A stretch of 64,000 nt of DNA from Octopus sinensis (taxonomy: Eukaryota). The notes under the pieces were generated by a model. The model was given only the letters and a program-made list of their open reading frames with translations, ran no database searches and was not told the origin of the DNA. Numbering within the stretch: position 1 is the first letter of the stretch; each line of letters opens with the position of its first letter. Shown in pieces: positions 28,901-39,495 of this stretch. Both the position numbers and the translations under genes were made by a program. The stretch is from contig NC_043006.1 of NCBI RefSeq assembly GCF_006345805.1, forward strand, positions 7,564,001 to 7,628,000, given 5' to 3'.

Positions 28901-30575
28901 TCCGAACAGGCGACAGAAGTAGACTTCATGCGAGAGACGTGAAGCCATCTGAACAGGCGACAGAAGCAGACTTCATGCGAGAGACGTGAAGCCATCCGAA
29001 CAGGCGACAGAAGCAGACTTCATGCGAGAGACGTGAAGCCATCCGAACAGGCGACAGAAGCAGACTTCATGCGAGAGACGTGAAGCCATTCGAACAGGCG
29101 ACATAAGTAGACTTCATGCGAGAGACGTGAAGCCATCCGAACAGGCGACAGAAGCAGACTTCATGCGGGAGACGTGAAGCCATCCGAACAGCGACAGAAG
29201 CAGACTTCATGCGAGAGACGTGAAGCCATCCGAACAGGCGACAGAAGCAGACTTCAAGCGAGAGACGTGAAGCCATCCGAACAGGCGACAGAAACAGACT
29301 TCATGCGAGAGACGTGAAGCCATCCGAACAGGCGACAGAAGCAGACTTCATGCGAGAGACGTGAAGCCATCCGAACAGGCGACAGAAGCAGACTTCATGC
29401 GAGAGACGTGAAGCCATCCGAACAGGCGACAGAAGCAGACTTCATGCGAGAGACGTGAAGCCATCCGAACAGGCGACAGAAGCAGGCTTCATGCGAGAGA
29501 CGTGAAGCCATCCGAACAGGCGACAGAAGCAGACTTCATGCGAGAGACGTGAAGCCATCCGAACAGGCGACAGAAGCAGACTTCATGCGAGAGACGTGAA
29601 GCCATCCGAACAGGCGACAGAAACAGACTTCATGCGAGAGACGTGAAGCCATCCGAACAGGCGACAGAAGCAGACTTCATGCGAGAGACGTGAAGCCATC
29701 CGAACAGGCGACAGAAGCAGACTTCATGCGAGAGACGTGAAGCCATCCGAACAGGCGACAGAAGCAGACTTCATGCGAGAGACGTGAAGCCATCCGAACA
29801 GGCGACAGAAGCAGACTTCATGCGAGAGACGTGAAGCCATCCGAACAGGCGACAGAAGCAGACTTCATGCGAGAGACGTGAAGCCATCCGAACAGGCGAC
29901 AGAAGCAGACTTCATGCGAGAGACGTGAAGCCATCCGAACAGGCGACAGAAGCAGACTTCATGCGAGAGACGTGAAGCCATCCGAACAGGCGACAGAAGC
30001 AGGCTTCATGCGAGAGACGTGAAGCCATCCGAACAGGCGACAGAAGCAGACTTCATGCGAGAGACGTGAAGCCATCCGAACAGGCGACAGAAGCAGACTT
30101 CATGCGAGAGACGTGAAGCCATCCGAACAGGCGACAGAAGCAGACTTCATGCGAGAGACGTGAAGCCATCCGAACAGGCGACAGAAGCAGACTTCATGCG
30201 AGAGACGTGAAGCCATCCGAACAGGCGACAGAAGCAGACTTCATGCGAGAGACGTGAAGCCATCCGAACAGGCGACAGAAGCAGACTTCATGCGAGAGAC
30301 GTGAAGCCATCCGAACAGGCGACAGAAGCAGACTTCATGCGAGAGACGTGAAGCCATCCGAACAGGCGACAGAAGCAGGCTTCATGCGAGAGACGTGAAG
30401 CCATCCGAACAGGCGACAGAAGCAGACTTCATGCGAGAGACGTGAAGCCATCCGAACAGGCGACAGAAGCAGGCTTCATGCGAGAGACGTGAAGCCATCC
30501 GAACAGGCGACAGAAGCAGACTTCATGCGAGAGACGTGAAGCCATCCGAACAGGCGACAGAAGCAGACTTCATGC
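16941..30575. repeat. 47-bp tandem satellite/minisatellite, about 290 copies
   Basis: Consensus GAGAGACGTGAAGCCATCCGAACAGGCGACAGAAGCAGACTTCATGC. 13635 bp / 47 = 290. Boundaries are sharp and in register, and there are no spacers. Confidence 0.99.
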
Positions 30576-31329
30576 ACCGGTGGGCGATTTCGATCTCCTC
30601 CAAGATGAACGGCTTTAAGAGTAGAACGTTGTTTACTAAGGAGGATAGTTGCTGAGGTCAACCTCTGGTCCGGGGCACAAGAGCCTACCTTTGCAGAAAG
30701 ATACTATTTCAGGCATCGCTACTGGGTACTGACCCTGCATATCCTCAACTAGAATGGCTATCAGTGTCTTCGTCCTGCTCGTACCGTAGAGTCTCTGATA
30801 TTGGTTGTGTTGGTGTAAAGATATCGTTTCGCCCGTCGGTGTGAGTCAGCTTTGTTTGCCTTGGACGCTCGCTTTCTTTAATCGACTACTCTTTCTCGGC
30901 ACGAATTCGTTCATCGATCCACTTGTTGAAGCACTTCACAAACTGGTCTCAACTCCCCAGCGACGCATAACCACAGAGGGCAAGGAGGTACTCTTAAAAT
31001 GTAACCGTTCTTGGGGAGTTACCAGGACACGCAGCTTTAGTAAATGGTATCCTCAAGTTCGTAGTGAAGGATGCACCGTTGTTTTCGCTCACCAATTCAG
31101 CTCCTGGCTCCGCTATAACATTCATCGCGTCTCTGCGCTTACACAATGTCCCTCCACTTGGACTGTTTACCAATCTTCTTTGATTGTTTGCCCATCCCTC
31201 TTGACTGTTTACCCATCCCCTTTGGTGGTTTTTCTATCCCATTACACCTTCCACTCTAGTAATTTGTCTTCCATAATGATGCCCACTGAGACATTTTCCC
31301 CTACTTAAACGCTGCCATTTCCAAACTCC

Positions 31330-31450
31330 ATTTCATGAACGATCTACCTCATGCTTCAAGGACACTCTCAATTTTCCTCACCATATAGTCCTCACGCATT
31401 CCAACCCTCCTAACACTCCGTACATTAAATTGCATGGGCCCCATCGGTCT
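31330..31450 (-). mobile_element. Possible LINE apurinic endonuclease N-terminal relic
   Basis: Minus-strand tggaatgcgtgaggactatatggtgag resembles WNVRGL with a frameshift, followed by KHEVD. Confidence 0.3.
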
Positions 31451-32113
31451 TTTCCACACACACGGGTCAGGTGTCGCACCTGGTCCTACAATGATAACAC
31501 TATAAAACGCAATGGATCCAACTAGCATCGCTTTCTTATTACTAGCACCATAGTTATTTATTTACTCAGTGCCAGATCTCTGGTCTCTTATTTATTGGTA
31601 AAAACTGATTATCATCTGAGGAAACGTAACGATACAAAAATACGTGTCCTATGGTTCAATAATGTCAATCATTGCTTAGCTCGAAATGTTCGCATACACA
31701 TTGCATCTAAGCAGAATTGCTTTTACGAGACAGTTACGGCCACTAAAAATTTTCTACGTTTGAAAATACATTAACCCTTTAAATTTGAAGTCATAGTAGC
31801 AAACAGTAAATAATTGACTGTAAATATAAATTTAAAAAAAAAACCCCTTGCAATAGAAAAGTCGAAGACAAGGCAGACTTCGACTTTTCTATCCACAGCA
31901 TGTTTGCACGGTTTGGTAACACTAACACGGACCATCATCGTGCGAAAGGCATTAGTGTTTGTTTTCGCTGTTCAAATCTTTGGATGATTTAATGATTCGC
32001 TAATGTGTATATATATATATATATTTATGTCGTCGTCATCCACTTACTTGGTTGACGAAAACATGAATACTAATGGCGAAGCGAGTCCGGAAAGAGGCGA
32101 ACAGTCGAGCTGT

Positions 32114-32164
32114 CTTAACTGATGAGGCAACGGAAATTGCTGAAATCGACGTGTCAGTATTAAG
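32114..32164 (+). ncRNA. Type I hammerhead ribozyme motif (partly decayed)
   Basis: cttaa-CTGATGA-ggcaa cggaaa ttgct-GAAA-tcgacgtgtcag-TA-ttaag. The core is complete; stem I is 5 bp, stem II is 5 bp (first pair G.U) and stem III is imperfect. Confidence 0.6.
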
Positions 32165-32322
32165 CATTCTCTATCAGCACTTTTAGGACGATTATATTCC
32201 CTGTTAGTGTATATGCTTTCATTCATATGCATGAACGACGGCATTAGAACAATTTAGCTCATATTTCTAGCAATGTAGGTGCCTTTTAACGACCTTGTCA
32301 AAATTAGTGTAATTTGTGTGTA

Positions 32323-32367
<45 letters not shown>

Positions 32368-32549
32368 TATATATATATTTGCGAGAAGTGTAAACAGACC
32401 AGTGTTTGTCTTATAAGCGTTGAAATATGCATTGTGAGATAAGAATAAGATGATAATTTATTTTCAAACGCATAAACACTGATAGAGCAGCAGACTCTAG
32501 ATAAAACATCCTTACAAAGCGGAAAAGTTTGTCAGCAACCAACCATCCA

Positions 32550-32658
<109 letters not shown>

Positions 32659-32659
32659 A

Positions 32660-32848
32660 TATGTATATAATTTAGAGAAAAACCTTATTGTAACAATCAA
32701 TAAATCACGTAAACAATAAATAACAGTAAATGGTTATACATTTTTTATAGAAATATTGTTAAATGTTTTTCGATTATTAATAGTTATCATATGTATTTTT
32801 CTATATCTGTTTGATAATTAGTATAAGTTAAGATACGTACATTTATTC

Positions 32849-32881
<33 letters not shown>

Positions 32882-33242
32882 CATTATTATTATTATTATT
32901 ATTTTAGACCTGATGAGTGACTATATTTTTAAATAGAATTAATTTTAGATCGATTTAATTTTAAATCGAATTGATTTTATGATTATTATCTATTTGAAAA
33001 TATAGCCACGAAACGCGTGTTGTCTTTTTACTACTTCTTACTATGTATTGTTTATGCAATTTACTGATTTTTAGAATAAGGGTTTTAGAGTATATGTTTT
33101 CTATATGTTGTGAATAACATCTTTCACTATTGAATTATTTAATAGAGGTTTCGCTCTAAATTATATACATAAATACTGAGAAATCTGCTTTAATATTGCT
33201 AAATTTAATTTTTCCCTGTAAGTTTGGAATTATATTCCTTAC

Positions 33243-33246
<4 letters not shown>
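32660..33246 (+). mobile_element. Penelope-like pLTR-derived non-autonomous element between (TA)n tracts
   Basis: It contains the hammerhead at 32906. Segment 32661-32697 (atgtatataatttagag) is an inverted copy of about 33133-33170 (ctctaaattatatacat). Confidence 0.55.
32906..33025 (+). ncRNA. Type I hammerhead ribozyme motif with long stem II
   Basis: agac-CTGATGA-[gtgactatatttttaaataga...tctatttgaaaatatagccac]-GAAAC-gcgt-GTT-gtct. It has an intact core, a G10.1-C11.1 pair, a 21-bp outer stem II, an inner tcgatttaa/ttaaatcga hairpin and a GUU cleavage triplet. Confidence 0.75.
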
Positions 33247-33313
<67 letters not shown>

Positions 33314-33499
33314 ATATATATATACGTTTGCTAGTATTCTTTTGTCCCTTTCTTCTTTTCCCAAAGGTGTGATACTTTGATGGGACGGTTTTCTCACACC
33401 TAGTAAAATAACTTAAAGACAAAATATTTCGTAATTTATTAAATTCTGTATGTAATTTTACATCTCCTACATGAGATTCCCCTATGTTTGCAAACAGCT

Positions 33500-34315
33500 G
33501 TTTCGTTAGTTACAGCCATCCTCCATCCAGAATGTTCCTGAGAATTTGATAACTATATTAGTTAATTAATTGGTGATACTCTTTTCGAGAAAGGCTGATA
33601 AATTTAACAAGTAAAATACTTTTAATTTTAATTTATAAAGAACATCTAATGTTATTTCTCTGTTAAGTTTTTTCCAGTGTCCTAGGGCATCATGCTTAGT
33701 CAGGCACATATTACAGGATTACTGAGAAAAGATTTTGATTTCAGCCATTTAGTGTGTATGAACCGAAAATACGCCGGGCCAATACATAGTTTTTCTCTCA
33801 CTTCTTGCAACCAACGTCCTCAAAGGACAGCCTCTCATACCTGTCAGGCAGTATTTATTGAAAAAGATCAGTTGATTTCTTCTTGAAATTTTCATTGCAA
33901 TGTAAGTTTCTTTATTATTGGTTTCTTGTTTGCTTCCTTTGATAGAGAGCTAAACCTTGCAGTTATTTTTAAAAATGATTTTAGTAAAACGTTTAAGAGC
34001 AAGCTATTTTCTTTTCTATATTAAATTTTAATGTTTTATCAGATTTTTGTTTCAGTATTTAACCCCTGTTTATTCGCAGGCAGCTGTTTGATATTTCAGA
34101 ACATTTTCGCTGCGGTATTTCTATGCATTCTCTAAAAAAAAACTGTACAATGAAGCAGATACGATTTATTTTGTGTGGAACAAATCTTCACTTCATCGAC
34201 GCTTCAGTACAATATCAGTTGACTCTTTTAATTAATAACAGAGAATTTACAGTTTTCAAAGGTTTTATTGATTCTCTCTGTAATTTATAAAAATGGAACG
34301 GGGGTCCATGAAACG
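33500..34315 (-). mobile_element. Decayed Penelope-like RT C-terminus/GIY-YIG endonuclease relic
   Basis: On the minus strand, HKINRICF (about 34150-34178) resembles the PLE RxxxICS motif. tgcaagaagtgagagaaaaactatgtattggc (about 33778-33810) reads C-K-K-*-E-K-N-Y/IG, a CxxC...YIG motif with a stop and a frameshift. Confidence 0.4.
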
Positions 34316-34349
34316 TATATCATATTTTCAGTAATTTATATACAGTGTG

Positions 34350-34500
34350 TGTGTTCAGATGCCACAGGGGTCGACTTTTCCTTTCATAGTTTCGGGATCG
34401 ATAAGATATTAAACACCAGTTGATCACTAAGGTGGAGGTAATGGACCGAGCCCCCACCACCGAAATTGCTGGCATGGTGCCAAAAACGTGAAACCAATTA
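34350..34500 (+). mobile_element. SINE family A (partial)
   Basis: ggggtcgacttttcctttcat...ggatcgataa. Confidence 0.7.
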
Positions 34501-34592
34501 TTAATGTCAAGTGTCAAGGCTCTTGACAGAGAAAATTAAGTAACACCACGTATTCCATATAATAGCAAGCATGAATTCTCAGCAATAACTAT

Positions 34593-34847
34593 ACTCTTTA
34601 TTCTTTTACATGTTTCAGTGATTTAACTGCGGCCAAGCTGGAGCACCGCCTTTAGTCGACTAAATCGACCCCAGGACTTATTGTTTGTAAGCCTAGTAGT
34701 TATTCTATCAGTTTAATTTGCCGAACCGCTAAGTTACGGGAACGTAAACATACCAGCATCGGTTGTCAAACGATGTTAGTGGTGGTGGGGGGAGACAAAC
34801 ACAAAGACACAAACACACACACACACATACAGACACACACACACACT

Positions 34848-34878
<31 letters not shown>

Positions 34879-35027
34879 GCATATATACGACAGGCTTCTT
34901 TCAGTTTCCATCTACCAAATCCACTCACAAGTCTTTGGTCGCCCGAGTCTATAGTAGAAGCCACTTGCCCAAGGTGTCATGCAGTGGGACTGAACCCAGA
35001 AGTAGGTGGTTGGCAAGCAAGCTACTT
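34593..35027 (-). mobile_element. tRNA-derived SINE family B (CORE/OR-like) with internal (CA)n; its head resumes at 36737-36767
   Basis: Reverse complement of the copy at 60449-60848, split by the LINE insertion. Confidence 0.9.
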
Positions 35028-36736
35028 TCATACAATTTGCCACAGGGGCATGACATAAAGCAGCCTGCCATTTCCCACGCCTCACTCAAGCATAAAGCGT
35101 GTGCCATGTCAATCCCACCCGGCCATAAGCGATAATCGTCTCTGAGTTCCTTCAGCCTTTGCACCACGGGCACCTTTATGATCTTCACAGCTATCTGCGG
35201 AGGCCATTCAGGATCCCGTGTGCAGGCCAGAACTACTCCCTGTTGGTGCTTTTCCACCACCTTCTCCACCTCCCCACCCCTGTAGAAGACAAGTAATTCT
35301 TCTCCTTTAGGGGGCGGGGTAGACACTTCCACAGTCGGTGGCACAATTCTCACCGACGATGGCTCTTCACCCGTCGGTGGCACAATTCCCACCGACGAAG
35401 TTCCGGGACATGCCGGTATTGTGTTACCGACTGCCGGCACTGTACCATTTTTCTTTTTCCTCCTCTTTTTTCTTTCTTACGGAGGAAGGGTGGGTTTCCT
35501 CCGTAACCGGGAGATCCACCTCCCCACCCTCGGCCCTAGGATCCCTCGGTGAGCAACCATTGTTGCTCACCTCCTTCTGTGACGAAGCATGCGCATCCCT
35601 TCCCTCTTCTAGAAAGATACCAACTAACTGCTCCAGGACTTTGCTTTGGTCCTAGGGGCAGTTCTTTTTTATATGGCCAGGTTCCAGGCACAGTCCGGAA
35701 AGATGAATTATTTGCTGATTGGGTGCACAAGGTCAAAACCACTTTTGACCCGACCCAATCAGCCACCGGTAACAGCTTTATACTGAGGAGCTTCTCGCTG
35801 CTGCCACCCAGACTCCGGCAGATAATCCACCCTGCTTATATATTGGGTGGCAGCCCGCAGACCCAAGCCCTCGTCAATTTCCTCTCACAATACGTGAGAA
35901 TAAATAAAATTTTATTGCTCTCCAATGGCTGGCTCGCAAAAATACGACTCTTCTCCGGCAAGTCAAATAGCAACCAAATCGTTGCATATCCGACTCCTCG
36001 GGCAATAAACATCGCAGTTGGCAGATAATCTTCGAACTCCTTTTCAATTTCCTGCTTGGAGAAACGGCAATGGCGTGGAGAACTTTCGAGTACGTTCTGA
36101 ACACCACCGTCTTCTCCTCTTGCTGTTTAAGCCACTCTTTGGGTGGGATAATCTCCTACTCCAAAGCAGTGCTTTTCTTGTTGTTCTTGTTGTTCGTCAT
36201 GTCACAAAAAAAACAAACAGACCGTCCACAGAGATAGTTCAAAAAACGTCTTTGAAGGAAACATAGGAGAAAACAGTTCAGGAAAAGCAAAACAAAAATA
36301 CTTGACGAACACACTCTTCCGGCCACGGGTACTTTTGAGCCAAACTGGAACCTGGTAGCAACAGCAAAACCGGGTACTCCGAAGCAGGAACCACAACAAA
36401 CCACATACTCCAAGGCAGGAATTTTATCAAACCAGTTACAGAAACAACATTTTGTTGGCGAGATACGCCCACCAAAATAACTTTTAACTCATTAAAATGT
36501 GTGTATATTTATCCCACCCAAAGAGTGGCTTAAATTGACCACAGGCGGGCAAAAACGTTTAGAGTTCAGCAGGTGTCTATTAAAAATAACACAACAATAA
36601 ATCCCCGCCGAACTCAAAAACCAAAACGTTTTACCTGTAACCAGTCTCTTTTATTTCTCTTATTCACGCAGCGCAAAGCAACGTGACAGACACAGTAGAA
36701 ATATCTGAAAGCTAACGGCGCATGCGTCGAGAGTAT
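35028..36736 (-). mobile_element. Tx1/L1-like LINE 5' UTR plus frameshifted ORF1 (CCHC knuckle), inserted in a SINE
   Basis: Minus-strand MTNNKNNKKSTALE*EIIPPKEWLKQQEEKTVVFRTYSK, then the knuckle CLEPGHIKKNCP (about 35655-35690), then a Pro-rich region. gcaagctac is duplicated at 35017 and 36737. Confidence 0.75.
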
Positions 36737-37269
36737 GCAAGCTACGTACCATACAGCCACCCCTATGTTAAACTATACTTTTCTCATTCAGAGCAAACAA
36801 AGGTATCAGCTTACAAAATGGAACTTTGTATATGATATAATTTTAATGTTGACTTAAAACTTTATAACTTGCAACGACGGGTTGTCAGTTAATTTAGAGT
36901 GGCATTACATGAAACAGTTAGTATAACGAGGACACTGATGATAGACGCCAAAAATGTATTCTGCGTTGTCCAGGCACAAAATCATGCTAGAATAGAATGT
37001 TAGATCGTAATTAATCAACATAAATTGAACGAAGAACAAATACTTAATACTAGCAATTTTCTTATTCTTAAATATTTCCGTTTTGGTCTGTAATACACGT
37101 GAACTATCTTAAACTATTTAATCGAGAAAATTTGAATGATGTCAGATATATATGTTTCCTTATTCGTAAGAGGGAAAGAACAGGTATGAGGCTGATGTAA
37201 TTATGAAAGTCATATAAGAAATAGCAGCAGAACTACTGTGCAAAATAGGATTAAAAAGAGTATAAAGAT

Positions 37270-37425
37270 CATTACCGAGTCACAGAGACGCATAAGGCCG
37301 GTATTCCGGTTCTCTTGGCGCATATATTCCCCCCCCCCAGATGGGACGCCGCTCCGTCACAAGATTACTCATTTTCACTAACTGAGTGAACTGAAGTTAC
37401 ATTGAATGACACAAAGCGACGCCTG
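37270..37425 (-). mobile_element. SINE family C fragment
   Basis: Reverse-complement similarity to 47340-47460 (gatgggacgcc...tccgtc, ctgagtgaactg). Confidence 0.6.
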
Positions 37426-37469
37426 CGGGCCTCCACCACGCACGAGAAGACTTAGCAAGCTCGAGAGAT

Positions 37470-37697
37470 GTTAATAGTGAACCGGTTTACCATAGCCATT
37501 TCTCGGATCACTGCTCTTTGTTGCACGTTATTAGTGGACAGGGCATGCTTTACACAAAGCCAGAAGGAACAATGGCTGACACTTCGACCACATGACCACA
37601 ATAATATCATCTATAAGCTCGCATGCGCAGAAGACAGTTTGACACTAATATAGATATGTTATAGCGAAAGTGCGGATAATATTTGATTCCCCTCGTA
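37470..37697 (-). mobile_element. Mariner 5' end (TIR plus transposase N-terminus)
   Basis: The TIR-like tacgaggggaatcaaatattatccgca sits next to a TA run. The peptide LSTNNVQQRAVIR matches the mariner EQRAVIR N-terminal motif. Confidence 0.6.
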
Positions 37698-37792
37698 TTT
37701 ATATATATATATATATTTTTTTTTAAGTGTGTGTGTATGTGTGTTTGTGTGTTTGTGTGTGCATGTGTGTGTGTGTGTGTGTCTGTGTGTGT

Positions 37793-37834
<42 letters not shown>

Positions 37835-38039
37835 ATATATATGTAAATGTATTCATTATTGAATATACTCCGGTTAAATTTTTAATTTGAAAATAGGATT
37901 AAATCTTTATAAGAATTTATCAAGAAAGAAAAAGAAAAAAATTGATGGTTTTTTTTCTCTTATGATATTTTCACGCTAACTACTTGATAACCTCTTATAA
38001 AGATTTTATCTCATCTTTAATATATATATACAGATGTGC

Positions 38040-38071
<32 letters not shown>

Positions 38072-38767
38072 ATACATACATTGATATATATATATATATA
38101 TATCACGGTCTAATGACTGAAACAAGTAAAAGATGAAAGATATGTACATACATACATAAATATATACATACACAAACACTCAGACACACGACGTATTTAT
38201 ATATGTATATACATACATGTATATATTACACACGTCAATAACACCGAGACTTATCATTTTTGAAGCATCTTATAAAATGTGTAATTCAATATCATACTAT
38301 CATCTTGATGGCTTCAAGAAAGGTCACTCAGCTGTAAGGATTTTCATCTAACTTCCATACAACATGGTTTCATACTCCCTACTCAAATTCAAATAACATT
38401 CGTAAATATCTCTAGACAAAAGAGATTTTCGTGATGCCGTGAGACACATTGTATATGTCTAAGAATATAATAAGTATTACATACAGTTTAGGTCACAGAA
38501 CCTAGAAGTGAATAACTTTGTACCTCAAGAATATGTTACGTATCCTGCTGTAATGAGTGTTAAAGACTTACACGACAGTCTGTATTATTGATATTTACAT
38601 AAACTCTGTTTTGTTAACAATACAGCTGCGCTAGTCAGTGAAATTTACGTTAAAATAGCTTCTGTAAATCTAAGCAGTAAATCAATATATGAGGCTGACT
38701 TGATTTAAACAATGTTAATTCAGTCACCAAAGAAGCAATTTTGCTTTTTGGACTTAGTACTAATATC

Positions 38768-38905
38768 GTTGCTTTTGCCTTTCATCATTTCGGGGGCGAT
38801 AAATAAAGTACCAGTTTCGCACTGGGGTCAATGTAATCGACTTTATCCCTTTGTCTGTCCTTGTTTGTCCCCTCTATGTTTAGCCCCCTGTGGGCAGTAA
38901 AGAAA
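38768..38905 (+). mobile_element. SINE family A 3' half
   Basis: Nearly identical to 62553-62684. Confidence 0.85.
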
Positions 38906-39433
38906 AAATATTACTAAAGATACGCTTTACTAAGTTATGAATGTAGGGGAGAACATTGAAATACTAAATGTTTCATTGTTCTAAGCAATTCATTTCTATG
39001 AACTCTTAAACTTCCTTGTTTTGTGGGGCGGGGCTGTATTTATTTGCTTAATGTTTTAAGTCTTCAGTAAATTCTCATCCAATTAATGTACGATTCCATG
39101 ACAACTTTGTCGGTTTAAATGTACAAGAACTCAGTCTACATTACCTAATATTTGTTTCTATTTTCAAAATTCCTTGAGTGTAATTTAAAACAAATTCAGT
39201 GGATTCTGGCACGTGGAGCGACTCGTTTAAATATCGAAACATAAACAAACTTGATGTGGTCATTTTACATATGACATCAAAGTATACATGAGTGATCTCT
39301 GCCACATAAATCATGTCTCCAGCGATGCTGAACTTATTCAGTGTGCATCCACTGATGTATCAACATGACCTGCTATACATATGTCAACTATACACATTTC
39401 AAACTCGTAATAACCTGTGCGTACTTTTGTAAC

Positions 39434-39434
<1 letters not shown>

Positions 39435-39493
<59 letters not shown>
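39435..39493. repeat. (GT)n(GA)n compound microsatellite
   Basis: Seen directly. Confidence 0.95.

Positions 39494-39495
<2 letters not shown>

Noticed and set aside
16941-30575. CRISPR array or repeat-protein gene
   Set aside because: Units are contiguous with no unique spacers, there are no cas genes, and the context is eukaryotic. The 47-bp period is not a multiple of 3 and every frame hits stops, so the listed ORFs are artefacts.
30805-31308. 167-aa plus-strand ORF
   Set aside because: It has a non-ATG start, no recognisable domain and a low-complexity end. It is more likely the shadow of decayed minus-strand sequence.
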